Below, piece after piece: positions 26,621-39,875 of a stretch of 64,000 bases of DNA. This DNA is from Octopus sinensis. Taxonomy: Eukaryota. The stretch covers positions 43,400,001 through 43,464,000 of the forward strand of contig NC_043003.1 in assembly GCF_006345805.1 (NCBI RefSeq). Reading direction: 5' to 3'. Positions within the stretch are counted from its first letter, which is position 1. Every line of letters starts with the position of its first letter. Under the pieces are notes generated by a model, which saw nothing but the letters and a program-made list of their open reading frames with translations, did not search any database and had not been told where the DNA came from. The translations under genes were made by a program, and so were the position numbers.

Positions 26621-28460
26621 TAGGCTTATATGTGAGGAGTGTATACATATGTGCAGTCCATAAACATGTGCATTTCTTATTGAATAATTTAATAATTGAA
26701 CATTATTGAATTCCCGTGCATTTATTATTCAATAAACATATATTCATCCTTTAATCTTGAAATATTTCCACACTTCTGCTTTCTTTTTTTCCTTTCAGAA
26801 TTGACCTTATACCATCAAAGCTGTCATTGTTGGCACGTGACACACTTGGTATGCCGTCTATTATTGTTTAAACATTCTCCCAATTCTATTTATGTCTATA
26901 TTCATTTATTCAAATAAGTGTTTTAGTATTTTAATTAAAATATTTCTAACCGACTTAGCTGTAACCGACAAACTGCGAATCGTTGCAAACATTTAGCGAC
27001 ATACAAATCTTCAGAGAATTTTAACGTTAGAATAGAATGAAGATCAACTTCTATATTTAGCCACTCCTAAATAATTGCGAAATAAACAATGGGAAACTAT
27101 GGTACTAAAACCGTCACATGAAGGGAATTTCTCTAAGAAGTACACAGAAATTAAATGCTTCACAACAGAAAGGCGGGGAATTTAACCATTGGAAATAGAA
27201 ATCACAGCACATCAAGAAATTTTCTGAAAGAAAAATTAAATGTGTGTAAATTTCGAAGTATAATTATCAAACCTCACCACTCGAGGGTATTGTATTGTTT
27301 TGGGAAACAGTTATGTCTGTTAAGTGATCTGATTACTGTTGGATCAAAATCATCAATGATTTTGTATCCCAGTTCAATAAATGAGAAATGCATTGTTTCA
27401 TTCTTCAAATAACAAACACCACTGACCTACAATTTTCCCTCTTGCCTTGTACAGAGAAAACAGACTCACATATGTCATAAATTATTAACAAATGCGAATA
27501 ACAGAATCAGTATTCACTCATATCTAAAAAGATAACACAAATAACGCGAATACAAATGTAAGGAGTTACAACAATGTATACAGTTTACTGGTTGTGATTC
27601 AATGGAAACACTCATAATTGGTTGTTGAATACGCTTTGAATTTTATATTATATTTATGAGGAATTAATAACATTCTGTTAGATAAGCACGAAAAATAAAA
27701 TGGATTCTCAAATGTAAAGTTAATCAAAGGTATTTTAAGTTAACTCTCTCTCTAATCTGAGTTCTTCCGTTTGGTACTTGTATCAATGAACTTTATGGAA
27801 AGCAATGATTTAAAGCTAATCAAATTATGTATATAACTAAACCTTCTGGTATTATTTTAATTTGATTATGGTTACATTTTGCATACGTTCTCATCACAAA
27901 ATTATAGAGGTCCTCTTTATAGTTGCTTTGTTGATGCAAACTGGTGAAGTTAAATTTAATTTCGAAAACTACTTCACAATAAATTAGGAAAATTTTACTC
28001 AGCAACAAGTGAAAGGCCATAGGAATATAGACACTGCAGAAATAGTGGCGCGATTTGCTTCATGTATATTCTATGACATAAATTTGTGTGGTAAAAATTT
28101 CAGATTCGTTACCAATGAAATGTTTTTCATCCGATACACTCGTATCTCCTACTAACATTGCTGCAAATATTATTGATCTGTTGTACCCTCCTCTGTTACT
28201 TATGTCATGTTCTGCGAGTACCAAGCGAATAATTTTCTTTCCCAATGAAATTGACAGAATTATGCAGCTATAAAATAAATATCTAACTCTACCACTAACA
28301 ACAACACCAATTATCGAACATTAATCTCACTTATAGGCCCAGGACTGCTCCCATTTTTACCGTGCCCATATAGGCCAACATTACAACTGCTGCAACCTTT
28401 ATTGTGATAAATACGATTGACTATACATGCGCATGATATAAGCTTATAAAAATCGCTATT

Positions 28461-28522
28461 AATATCGTCAAATTATAGAACAATATCGTCAAATTATAGA
28501 ACAATATCGTCAATTATAGAAC
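28461..28522. repeat. 21-bp tandem repeat x3 (aatatcgtcaaattatagaac)
   Basis: Two exact copies and a third lacking one A. Confidence 0.95.
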
Positions 28523-29719
28523 AAAATACCATGATACTGTAGTTTCTAATGTCCTTTTACATGCTAACTTCAAACCCACACATGTTCAATGATGGTATTA
28601 ATTATTCTAATGCCGATAAGATAGATAAGAAATCCCGAAAGTGAAATCCCCGAAACTAATCAACCCATGATACGAACTCCCTGGGTTTATAACAAAAATA
28701 GTAGTAAATTAGATATAAGACTTCCAAGATGTGGGTGATAGAGAGAAAAAGTCTACTACGAACCCATGATATCTCTTTTTATTTTGTAATTGAGGCACTT
28801 GGTACTACCTCCATATTTCTGCATACATACTAGATTTCGAACTATAACTACGCAAACAAGAACTCTTCAGGCTCATCTTTTTCTAGCTGAGATGCGAGAG
28901 AGCTGTGTTCGCGTATGAAGTGGCAGTCTTCGTAATGGTATTGGACACCATAGAAATACAATTATCGACTAACGAAATGAATATAAAGCGATAGCAAACT
29001 CAAAGATAAATTTCGACAAGCCGGTGGGTTAGAGTTTCAGCACCAAGTGGGATAAAATCTATGCCGTTAAACAGCAGAGTAGGTGGCTGAACAGATGAAC
29101 CATCTCAATTTTTCGGTGAATTTGTACAAGATTATGAGCAAGGGGGAGTAGATAATGTTCCAAGAGGAAATTATTCGGGAAATGTCGAGAAGTGATGGAC
29201 AAAGCCGAAAATGCTACCGTGATAAATATCATTGTAACTTTCTCTACTCCAAATTAGACCAATTTGGAGCGTCAAATTTTGCGCATCCTACGAAAGGTTT
29301 GCGTTCTAATGCTCATGCTTTCCATCTGTCACAGTGCCTTTTGGAAGGCAAGCTGAACATGTCGTGGCCAGTTTTACGTAGTCACGCATTGAGGCTAAAC
29401 CACCTAAAGATTTTACTTGGTTGTGAGCAAATGTGGACTAAGGTGGTAAAACACGTTTTCCAGAAGCTTATCTCTTTGATAGAATTGCATTCCTGGGGCT
29501 ATAAATAGTGAGCGTCTTCATCAGACACTCTTTACCGCTTACTGGTTAAGAAAATGTGGAAATTAATTGGATTTGAAACGGGTGTATGATCGCAATCTCT
29601 TCAAGGTACATTTTACAGCAGATTCGTTGTCACGGGTGGGTAACAAGCGTGACTAGCAAAAGTATAGGAAAATTTTCCTACATCAATCTTAGGCCCATTT
29701 TTCAGTTATATAAGTCAAT

Positions 29720-29900
29720 CCCTTATGGATATGTTTACACAATGAACAAACAACATAGCATCCATGACCTTCGGAAATAGTTTTTTATGCTCAGGATTGT
29801 TGACGTATGGAATAAACTGTCTGCATCTGTTGTTCGCTGTCGAAGCACTACGTTCTTCAAAACTTTGATGCTTCCTGAAATACACTAACACTACACCTGT
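29720..29900 (+). mobile_element. CR1/L2-type LINE 3' end remnant
   Basis: Translation GYVYTMNKQHSIHDLRK*FFMLRIVDVWNKLSASVVRCRSTTFFK matches the CR1-type C-terminal R..FF..RVV..WN.LP..VV....FK motif. Confidence 0.75.
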
Positions 29901-29959
29901 TACCCCCACCTCTGTTTCTATTTTTTCGCTTTTTGTATTGAAGTTCACCTGAGCATTGT

Positions 29960-30039
<80 letters not shown>

Positions 30040-30109
30040 GTTGTTATTGTTTTTGTCTACAAATTCGGCGTGAATTTCACGTGTATAGACATTAACAGTA
30101 ATAACCTAA

Positions 30110-30323
30110 TAATCCGTTATATTGTAGGCACAAAGACCGAAATTTGGAGGGATCTACAAGTTGATCAGATCGACCCCTGTACTAGACTGGTGATAATTTT
30201 ATCGACCCCGAAAGAATAAAAGGTGAAGTCGACCTTTACGGACTTTGAACTCAAAACGTAAAGACGGACGATATGGTACTGAGCATTTTGCCCGGCGGCT
30301 ATCGCTTCTACCAGCTCAACACC
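30110..30323 (-). mobile_element. SINE family A
   Basis: atcgaccccgaaagaataaaaggtgaagtcgacc...tttgaactcaaaacgtaaagacggacga...cattttgcccggcggctatcgcttctaccagctc; next to (ATT)n 29960-30042. Confidence 0.85.
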
Positions 30324-30351
30324 TTGTAGGAAGACTAATAATACTGGGGGA

Positions 30352-30735
30352 TGGAAGCACTCCGTCGGTTACGACGACGAGGGTTCCGGTTGATCCGATC
30401 AACGGAACAGCCTGCTCGTGAAATTAACGTGCAAGTAGCTGAGCACTCCACAGACACGCGTACCCTTAACGTAGTTCTCGGGGATATTCAGCGTGACACA
30501 GAGAGTGACAAGGCCGACCCTTTGAAATACAGGTACAACAGAAACAGGAAGTAAGAGTGAGAGAAAGTTGTGGTGAAAGAGTACAGCAGGGATCACCACC
30601 ATCCCCTGCCGGAGCATCGTGGAGCTTTAGGTGTTTTCGCTCAATAAACACTCACAACGCCCGGTCTGGGAATCGAAACCGCGATCCTATGACCGCGAGT
30701 CCGCTCCCCTAACCACTGGGCCATTGCGCCTCCAC
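30352..30735 (-). mobile_element. tRNA-derived SINE, family C variant (distinct middle, tail shared with the 36096 copy)
   Basis: Minus head gtggaggcgcaatggcccagtggttaggggagcggactcgcggtcataggatcgcggtttcgattccc has A and B boxes. The 3' ~190 bp match 36245-36417. Confidence 0.9.
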
Positions 30736-31324
30736 ACTAATAATACTACATCCACCATCAATGCAACAACTGCTGTCAATGCTGCTGCTACTGCTGCTGC
30801 TGCTGATGATGATGATGATGTTGAATGAGATGATATAGATACTGATGATGATGATGATTCTGTTGCTACTGTTCTTCCTTATGCGACGACCTTTATTGTT
30901 GTTGCTGCTGCTTCTACATGAATCTTAGGTGGATGCAATAATCATAATACATGGACGTTGAGAGTTGACTAAGAGATAAGAACATCGGGATTTATAATTC
31001 CTGTGGATCCTGTTGAGAGTCTGAAGATGAATGGATTAAATATCAAGAGGTTTGGCAGTATATTATCTTTACATCTTCTGTGTGGATGATAAAGCTACTA
31101 CTTCAGCGATATGACAAAACGAAGATCAAATTTAGTAGGCGATACTGAGGCTACGCGTGATTATTGGAAAAGTTATTTGATATACCAAAAATATTGTCCC
31201 TTCATAAACATATACTATGCTCGAGGCAAGTACACATACATACGTACATACATACTTACACACATACATACATATATACATACATACATACATACATACA
31301 TACATAAATATATGTGTGTGTGTT

Positions 31325-31390
<66 letters not shown>

Positions 31391-31559
31391 TGTATGTATG
31401 TATGTATGTATGTATGTATACAGAGAGAGAAAGCGCGAGAAAGAAATGGATAGATAAATATAAATACATATGTATGTGTGTATATGTATGTATGAATGTA
31501 AGTTAATATACTTGTACTGATGTTAGTACACAAATATACAAATGCATACATACATATAT

Positions 31560-31830
31560 GTGAAGGAGCATGGCTCAGTGGTTAGAATGTCGGCTTCATA
31601 GACATGAGTTAGTGAGTCAGGTTCCTAGACCGGGCTGTGTTGTGTTCTTGAGCAAGAGACTTTACTTCGCGTTGCTCCAGTTCACTCAGCTGTAGAAATG
31701 AGTTCCGACGTCTCGGTAACCGGTGGGTGGGGGGTCTGGTAAGGGCGACAGCTGGTCTTCCATAAAACAACCATGCCCGGTCATGTGCCTCAGAGGGTAA
31801 CTTTTCAGGTTCAATCCCAAGGTCATTCTA
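31560..31830 (+). mobile_element. tRNA-derived SINE with CORE-like middle and a different tail
   Basis: tggctcagtggttag head; gtgttcttgagcaagagactttacttcgcgttgctccagttcactcagctgtagaaatgagtt is shared with 36175-36240; the tail is unrelated to that of the 36096 copy. Confidence 0.8.
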
Positions 31831-31837
31831 CACGAAT

Positions 31838-31924
<87 letters not shown>

Positions 31925-31992
31925 GTATATATATATATATATATATGTATATGTGTGTATATATGTATATTTGTATGGATGTGTTTATCTAT

Positions 31993-32032
<40 letters not shown>

Positions 32033-32045
32033 GTATCTATCTATC

Positions 32046-32076
<31 letters not shown>

Positions 32077-32077
32077 C

Positions 32078-32134
<57 letters not shown>

Positions 32135-33109
32135 GTGTGTGTGTGTGTGTGTGTGTATTTATGTGTATGAATACAGAGTGAGAGCAAGACAGAGGGAATG
32201 AAATGGATAGATAGGTAGATATAAATATATATGTATGTTTGTGTATGTATGTATGAACGTAGTTTTATGTACTTGTATTCATGTTTGTGTATGTGTATTT
32301 GTGTGTGAGTATGTGCATGTGCCTGTGCGAGTGCGCGCTCATGTATTTTTGTACATATGAATCAGAGTGATATTGTATAGTCGTTATTTGAATCGTCATA
32401 TTCCAAGAAATTGCGCATTAGCCACGAACTATTGCGTTTCGCAAGGAATTAATAAGAATTAAGCTTTTGTATTTGGGGGAAGGTCAATATTTATATCTTC
32501 ATGGCCAAAGTTAATTGAAACATCATTATTTTGTTTGGACCAAGAACTGCGGCGTTGAAAGATTAACTCGACCACGCATAAATTTGTCTCAGTCCACGAC
32601 AGTGACTTTACCAAATCCGTTAACAAGTTGATCCTATCACTGTTTTAGTTCTCAATTGACAGCAATGTATATAATCGTTTTTTTTTTACCACAATTGGTT
32701 ACCTCACGATCATTTCTTCTCCGAAATATCAGAATTCTCGCTGTATATCAGAATGATGTTCGTTTGTATTATTAACTGTTCCATGTATACTCAATGTATC
32801 GACTGAAATGTGAAATATGTAGCAAGTATATGTGTATACAAACATACATATACATACATACATGCATACATAAATGTATATAGGCGTGTGTATTTATATG
32901 AACTTATGTATGTATATATGCATGCATGCATATGTATGTATGTATGATGCACAGGCATTGCACGATAACAACATTGATTAAGCTTCGTGCAATGGCCATA
33001 CTCGATAACGAAGGGACAGCCACTATGATGCATGTATGTATGTATATTTATATGTGTGTATCTGCGTGTGTGTGTGTTTATGTCCTTCTGTGTCTATGTA
33101 CAAGTCAGC

Positions 33110-35309
33110 CAAAATATTCGCTAATTTTTTTTGTTATAACCAAGAAATGCGACGTTAAAAGTGTAACTCGACTACGCATGAATTTGTCTCAGTCCACGGG
33201 GATTTTTTCAGTTCAAATGCACCTTGCTCTTGTCCGCCAACTGCGTTTAATTACAGTAAAATCGAAGGAGTTAGAAGACGCCAACTACCAATTTATGGCA
33301 AGGATGTTTGCAGATACTCTCCAAACATCCAAATCAAGTGTTAAAACTGTCTGTATCAATTTCCTTGCATGCACAGTCGCGATTTTGGCTCGATATCAGC
33401 TGAATGAGGGTAATCTTCTCACCCAACGAAATTCCACCAGCATTTCGCTGTAGAAAAACGATTTGATTTTGGAGAGTATAGCCAAGGGACTTATAAAACT
33501 GTAAAGTGCAAGCCACATTTAAAGTAGCACTTCACCCGAAGAAATTTCTGCTTTTAATTTGGTGAGATTGGAAGAGGTTGTCTTAAATGCAATGATCCAA
33601 CAGAAGCGTCTAGTACTTGCTAATCGTAAGGGCAATGTCTATAATAACGACAATGCCAGACAGACCAGTTGTTTGAAGACACGACAGGAGTAAACAGAGG
33701 CTTGACTGAGAAGTTCAGTCACACCGTCCATGTTCGCCCGACGTATCAGGTCATCCCATATTTTCTGTCCGATTTGACCTTTTTTAGAATTGAATGAAAT
33801 TTAATAGTATTTTAGAATGTCTAATGGAATTTTAAAACAAAATATTTTTATGCATTTGTATACATTTAAACTAATTAAATATTATTTTACAGAATAATAG
33901 AATTAAAATTTCTTTGATTAAAACCCTTTCTAACATGGAAGTATCCAACGAGCATTGAAGGCATATTATGCTTTATGGTTAAAAAAAAGAACACTCTGCA
34001 ACCAAAACCACTCGAACCATACACTCAGTGTATAGGAAACAATGCTTGAATGAAAGAAGTTGTAGGAGATGGTTTGCAAAATTCTGAAATGGAGATTTCA
34101 AACTTGAAGATGAAGATCGAACAGGACGTCCAGTTGAGTTTGATGATAAGCTCCTTGAGGCATTACTTGAAGGAAATCTTGTATTATCAGTTGAAGAATT
34201 GGCAATAAAGCTTAGTTCAAACCATACAACTCTTCATCGTCATCTTCAAAAACTTCGAAAGATTCCTAAACTTGGAAAATGAGTAAGTCATGAACTGTCC
34301 GAAAGCAACCGCAAATCCCGAGTTGACATCTGCTCGTTTCACCAATCTCACGAACTCATTTCACCCTTTCTGGATAGAGTTGTGACTGGTAGCGAAAACT
34401 GGATCTTGTATCGAAATGTTAAACGTCGTAAAGAGTGGATTAATAAAAGGTAAACAGCTCAACCACAACCGAGAAGGGATCTTCATGGAAGAAAAGATTC
34501 TTCTCTCTATCTGAGGGATTACAAAGGAGTAATTCACTTTGAATTGCTGTCATCTATTGCAACAATCAATACTTAAGTATACTGTCTGCAATTAGAGCGT
34601 GTGAACAAAGCTTTGAAGAAAAAGTTACCCGCTTTAGTGAATCAAAAAGGAGTGATGTTTCAGCAGGGCAATGCGCGACCCCACACTGCAAAGATCACAT
34701 CACAGAAAATCGAAAAGCTTGGTCGGGAAAAAATTCCTCACCCACCTTATTCTCCCGACCTCGGTCCTTCACACTACCATTTGTTTCGTAGTTTACAGAA
34801 TCATTTGGGAAACATAGCTTTCGCAAGCTAGGAGGAGGTTGAAACTGACACTTCAGAGTCCTTCGCTTTGAAACCAAAACAGTTTTACATTAATGGGATT
34901 AAAAATATTGTAAATAGATGGAATGAAGTCATAGGTAATCAGGGAAAGTACATTGATGATTAAATTTCAATTAAATATAACATTTGATCACTTGTTTTCT
35001 TTATTCAAAATTCGGACTGAACTTATGGGATGACCAGATACTTCCTTCAGATTTCTCCGTTTCAATCTCTACAAAATGCCTTGAATGGACAGACCCTAAA
35101 CACCGAAGTAGATGTAAAAATCCATGTGGAATTGTTTCCGCCTGTATAGACAGGGAAGTCTTTGAGCAAGAAAAATTGGTGGTGCTGCCTTATGTATGAG
35201 AGAAAATACTGTAGCAAAACGGTAATTGTATCAATATTTGAATAGAACTTTTGTGTTAAAAACGTGACAGTTTCGGTTAAAAACTGAACGGACATTTTGG
35301 CCAACCCAA
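33110..35309 (+). mobile_element. Old, decayed mariner split by a younger mariner
   Basis: Left part: GDFFSSNAPCSCP, ADTLQTSKSSV...QLNEGNLL, LHPKKFLLLIW, LANRKGNVYNNDNAR, SPDV. Right part, after 35040: LPSDF...LQNALNG, ending in TIR-like ggacattttggccaacccaa. Confidence 0.75.
33746..35038 (+). mobile_element. Full-length defective mariner, 1293 bp, nested
   Basis: TA|tcaggtcatcccatattttctgtccga ... tcggactgaacttatgggatgaccaga|TA. Peptides MEVSNEH, WFAKF.NGDFKLEDEDRTGRP, VVTGSENW, QQGNARPH, HPPYSPDLGPSHYHLFRSLQN; stops and frameshifts present. Confidence 0.95.
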
Positions 35310-36095
35310 AACCTTACATGGTGACGATTTGCAATAAAAATCATATGAACATTTAAATTTGGTGCTCATGAAAGAATGAATAAAATGCTTGATTTCAAAA
35401 TATATAATAAGCAAGACAATATAATCTCTAGTCTTTCTTTTAATCCTAAAAACCACATCTCTATTAGAAATAGCTTCATATCAACATTCAGTAGCATTTG
35501 TATTAATGTTTAAAAGGAAAATTATATTTGGTAACTGCAAATACAACTCGCAACCCATAACTTCGGTTTCTTACTGTTTTTAATTAAAATGAATGAAGAA
35601 CTGACACAGAAATTAAAAAGATGATGACAAGGAGAGAATGAGTTGCAGTAAAATGTTCGAATTTGCAGAATACAAAAATGAAGGTATCAGTAGAACGTAG
35701 TTTTAACATTTCTTTCAGTTGTTTCAATACGCCTCCTTAAAAACAATAGATTACGACAAATCACGGTGTAGGCGAGAAAATAATAACACTCAACAAGCGT
35801 AGGAAAGATAGAGGATACAATGAGAAAGTGATAAAGGAAATAGAAGAGGCAGAGTTGATATAGCAACGCTGTCAATGAAGAGCGCGAAGATGGGAGAAGA
35901 CAGAGTTGCATACAAAGAAATTTTTACTCTCCCTCACCCGTTCTCTCTCTCTTACACATCACATTCATGTATGCATGTACGTACGTATGTATGTATGTGT
36001 GTATGTATGTATGTATGTATATATGTATGCATGTATGTATGTATGTATGTAAGTATGTATGTATGTGTGTGTATGTGTGTGTATAAGAGAAAGGT

Positions 36096-36417
36096 GTGAG
36101 GGCGCGTGGCTTAGTGGTTAGGGCATTCGGCTCATGATCGTAAGGTTGTGAGTTCGATTCCCGGCGACGCGTTGTGTCCTTGAGCAAGACACTTTATTTC
36201 ACGTTGCTCCAGTCCACTCAGCTGGCAAAAATGAGTTGTACTTGTATTTCAAAGGGTCAGCCTTGTCACTCTCTGTGTCACGCTGATTATCCCCGAGAAC
36301 TACGTTAAGGGTACACGTGTCTGTGGAATGCTCAGCCATTTGCACGTTAATTTCACGAGCAAGCTGTTCCGTTGATCGTATCAGCTGGGACCCTCGTCGT
36401 CGTAAGCGGCGGAGTCT
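36096..36417 (+). mobile_element. tRNA-derived SINE family C (head, CORE-like middle, tail), apparently intact
   Basis: ggcgcgtggcttagtggttagggcattcggctcatgatcgtaaggttgtgagttcgattcccggcg (A box TGGCTTAGTGG, B box GTTCGATTC); followed by (GA)n 36425-36490. Confidence 0.92.
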
Positions 36418-36434
36418 TTTTTTTTATAAGAGAA

Positions 36435-36494
<60 letters not shown>

Positions 36495-36720
36495 AGTAGA
36501 CAGCGTGTTACACCCACGTTTGGAAGATCGTGATTTCACTTCCCAGGCGAGCAGTGCGCTGTATTTATGAGCAAATTTTTTCGTTTCTCATTGCTCCAAG
36601 CCACCTAGCTCTAAATGGGTAGACCTGCGATGGTCTGATTTTCCGTATAGGAGAAATGTTGGCCTTCTCGCTTAACCAATTGGGCTGAGTCATTTGAAAG
36701 GCACAAAATGCAATTAAGTG
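36495..36720 (+). mobile_element. Very old SINE remnant
   Basis: ttgctccaagccacctagctctaaatgggtagacctgcgatgg resembles the conserved SINE central domain seen in neighbouring copies. Confidence 0.5.
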
Positions 36721-36843
36721 TATTGTAACCAATGATGTATCTCACTCTCTGTGATTCACTTATATACGTATACATTCATGCGTATGTGTGTATGCGTGTG
36801 TGTGAGTGCGTGTGTACAGACGCATATATACATATATACATAT

Positions 36844-36900
<57 letters not shown>

Positions 36901-38526
36901 ATGTGTGTGTGTGTGTGTGTGTTGTGTGTGTGTGTGTGTGTGTGTGTGTTCGCGATATATGTGAATAGAACAAATATATAGAAGTAGCATTCTAGGTTAT
37001 CATAGAATCGACCACCCCATAATCCATTTGTGTTCGGTCAATTGAAACAATTATTTATTGATCAGAAAACATAATAAATTATAATATTTCGTTGTGTATA
37101 ATTTAAGTCACAATCTCAGACTAACCGGTTTTTAACCATCTATTTTATTAGTTTCATTAACGTAAATGAAAAAAAAATCTCATCAGTCAACATAATTAAT
37201 GGAGTAATTGTATAAACGACGAGTGGTTTGTTAGTTTGAAATGTTAAATGGGAATATTCTCTCAATAAGACATTCTAGAATCATAGCAAAATATTAATGC
37301 TTATATCAGAACATAATGATGATTTGTGCTGGTGATGTTCAATGCTGACCAGTAAGCTTCGAACAAAAGTGGGGCGAAACTTTTTTATGATCAAAGTTGT
37401 AACCATACTGACTTCTTTTTTCAGGATGTTTACTTTATAGTAAATTATAGTGTTGTTTCGTTTTGGAATATAGAAAGGTGTGTTTTGACTGATAATTCGC
37501 AGCTATTTCTGGTAGGGGTTATACTCAAGTTTAACTCGTATGCAAAGCTAAAGTTGTTACAGGCGTCCCAGTGGCTCAATATAATGGAGAATGAAATTAG
37601 TTTTATTGATTTTTTCTTTCTTTTGTTATAAATTTGTTCTAAATGACTTTCAAACAGACCATGATCAATCGTTTTGTTTCTTTTTTTTTGTTTTTGTTTT
37701 TCGGAAGCACGATTGTTGCAGAGATTGAAGCAGCGAAATTTACCTACAGAAATCTAATCCGACCAGTTTATAATTTACGATGCGTTTCACACCTTTAGCA
37801 ATATCCTATCCATTCAGCCGTCATTTTTATTTATCTCGAGCTAAGTGTGAACGTTTGCCAGCATTAGACCACTGAATATTTCACAGCTTAAATGTGCCAA
37901 AGCTATTGAAGTATGTGTGACTCTTACTTAAGTGGCTGACAATATAAATGTTAATGTTGTCAATTCTTGTGCACAAAGTGACAAAACCACACGTCGCATA
38001 CATACACTCACGCTATATTGTTGATTGCTATCTATGTTGGGTGTCAAAGAGATTTGCTTGTCGTATGTTGTTACGAGAAAGTACTTTTTCACTCTCAATT
38101 TATAGAAGTTAGTCGCCTAAAAAATATCTAACTTCTGCAGAAACACGCATGGAACTACCAACAAAGTTGTGTCATTTCGGTGATTCGTGGCTGAGACAAT
38201 TCCCAATGTTCATTAATAATAGAAGGAGTCTACGGACATTATCCATATGTAGTTGAAGCACAACACCAAACATCAATTGCATTAGAAAATGTAAAAAGTA
38301 CCAACGAAAATACGATTGACAACAGCATAAACAGAGATAGATAAATTAGACGATGACATTAAAGCGTAAATCATTTTAATGAATGAACGACACACAGTGG
38401 GAAAAACCAGTGGAAGAGAGGGAGTGAGAAACTGAGTGAGAGACAGGGAAAGGGAGGGAGAAAGAGAGTGGATACTTCGAAACGATATGTTTACAACGTG
38501 ATAATATATGATTGCCCAAAGATATA

Positions 38527-39167
38527 CGATGTCTGATCAATAATTATCCGGACTTTTGACATAGTAACGAAGTTAAAGCATTCAACGTAAAGCTGCTTGG
38601 CAACGATTGATCTTCAACGTAACTTTGCATGCGCACTAAGTTTTAACATTCTAGCTCACTTCCTCTGTTTACAGCAGTGCTTGAAAGGAAGGGGTGTAGC
38701 GTGTGGTTGTCGCATCGACCATGACAGAGAAAGTTGAGCGCAGAATCTGCATCAAATTGTGCCAAAGGCTTGGTGATACCTGCTCAGAGGCCTACGCAAG
38801 GTTTCAAAAAGTGTATGGAGAGGAGTGTATGTGCACACACCAATGTACGAGTGGATTGGACGTTTCGAAGATGACCCAAAAATGTTGATACTGACGAACG
38901 TTCTGGGAGATCTGCAACCAATGGAACAAAGACAAACATCGCAAATGTGGGTACAGCCGTGAGGGAAAATCCTCGAATCGCCATCCGTGAGTTATCAGGG
39001 AATGTGCAGATTACTTACGGTTCAGTTCAGTCCATGATCATTGAAGATTTGTATATAAGACGCGTGTCGGCTTAGTTTGTGCTAAAGTGCATACAATGAC
39101 CAATAAAGCACTTGGGTTTCGGTTGCACTAGATCTCCTTCATTGTGTCGAGAACGATGAAAACATTT

Positions 39168-39169
<2 letters not shown>
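38527..39169 (+). mobile_element. 5' half of a mariner from a different subfamily, truncated at (TA)n
   Basis: TA|cgatgtctgatcaataattatccggact TIR; MTEKVERRICIKLCQRLGDTCSEAYARFQKVYGEECM, DERSGR and ITYGSVQSMIIEDL..RRVSA are mariner HTH domains. Confidence 0.9.
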
Positions 39170-39234
<65 letters not shown>

Positions 39235-39470
39235 TATATACAGTAATTCTTTGATTATCACGAGTGTATACGTTCCAAAATCGTCCGTGATATGTGACCC
39301 GCTATAGGTGGTCCACGATAAGGTGAGCGATTACTGTATATCCGAATATCTATGTATCATACTGGCTTATGTATGTAAATATGAATGTGAGTCAATGGAC
39401 ATTGTACATATATACAAATATGCATACATACATACAAGCATACATACATACAATACATTCATAGATACAT

Positions 39471-39503
<33 letters not shown>

Positions 39504-39834
39504 AGCACACATATATATAATACAAAATGGAACAAGAACGCAAAATATTCGGACAACTACGTGATACAAAAAGGGACAACAAAACATCCAGATAGACAAT
39601 ACAAAAAAACAAAAAAATGGACGGGTCATTCGAAGCTTTCTATCCTCAGTCAAGAACCGGATGATCCTCGCAATGTCGGCTGATTAATCTTGAGTTTGCT
39701 CCAATCTGGCCAGCTCCAAGGAAAAACTAAGCTACGAGCATTTAGATTCCTTGGAAGAAAGCATCGAATGTATACGAAAACAGGACGGAAAAACAGACGA
39801 TGTTACACAAATAGAAATACAAAATACAATGATG

Positions 39835-39875
<41 letters not shown>

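Noticed and set aside
26800-26850. Strong plus-strand acceptor with a nearby gtatgc donor (about 50 nt)
   Set aside because: No recognisable peptide and no supporting neighbouring exons.
28461-28522. Short direct repeats considered as a CRISPR-like array
   Set aside because: The units are contiguous with no spacers and the context is eukaryotic; this is a simple minisatellite.
28900-29600. GC-richer island with faint LTR-integrase-like words (FYLVV, ERLHQTL)
   Set aside because: The motifs could not be ordered into a consistent integrase; left unassigned pending tblastx.
36096-36170. tRNA-like sequences at SINE heads (also 30660-30735 and 31560-31640)
   Set aside because: They have A and B boxes but no complete cloverleaf or acceptor stem, and they continue into repeat bodies; these are SINE heads, not tRNA genes.
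39615-39830. Repeat-like segment before (AAT)n, possibly a Penelope-type terminus
   Set aside because: Single copy in the window with no coding or ribozyme evidence; the class cannot be supported from this sequence.
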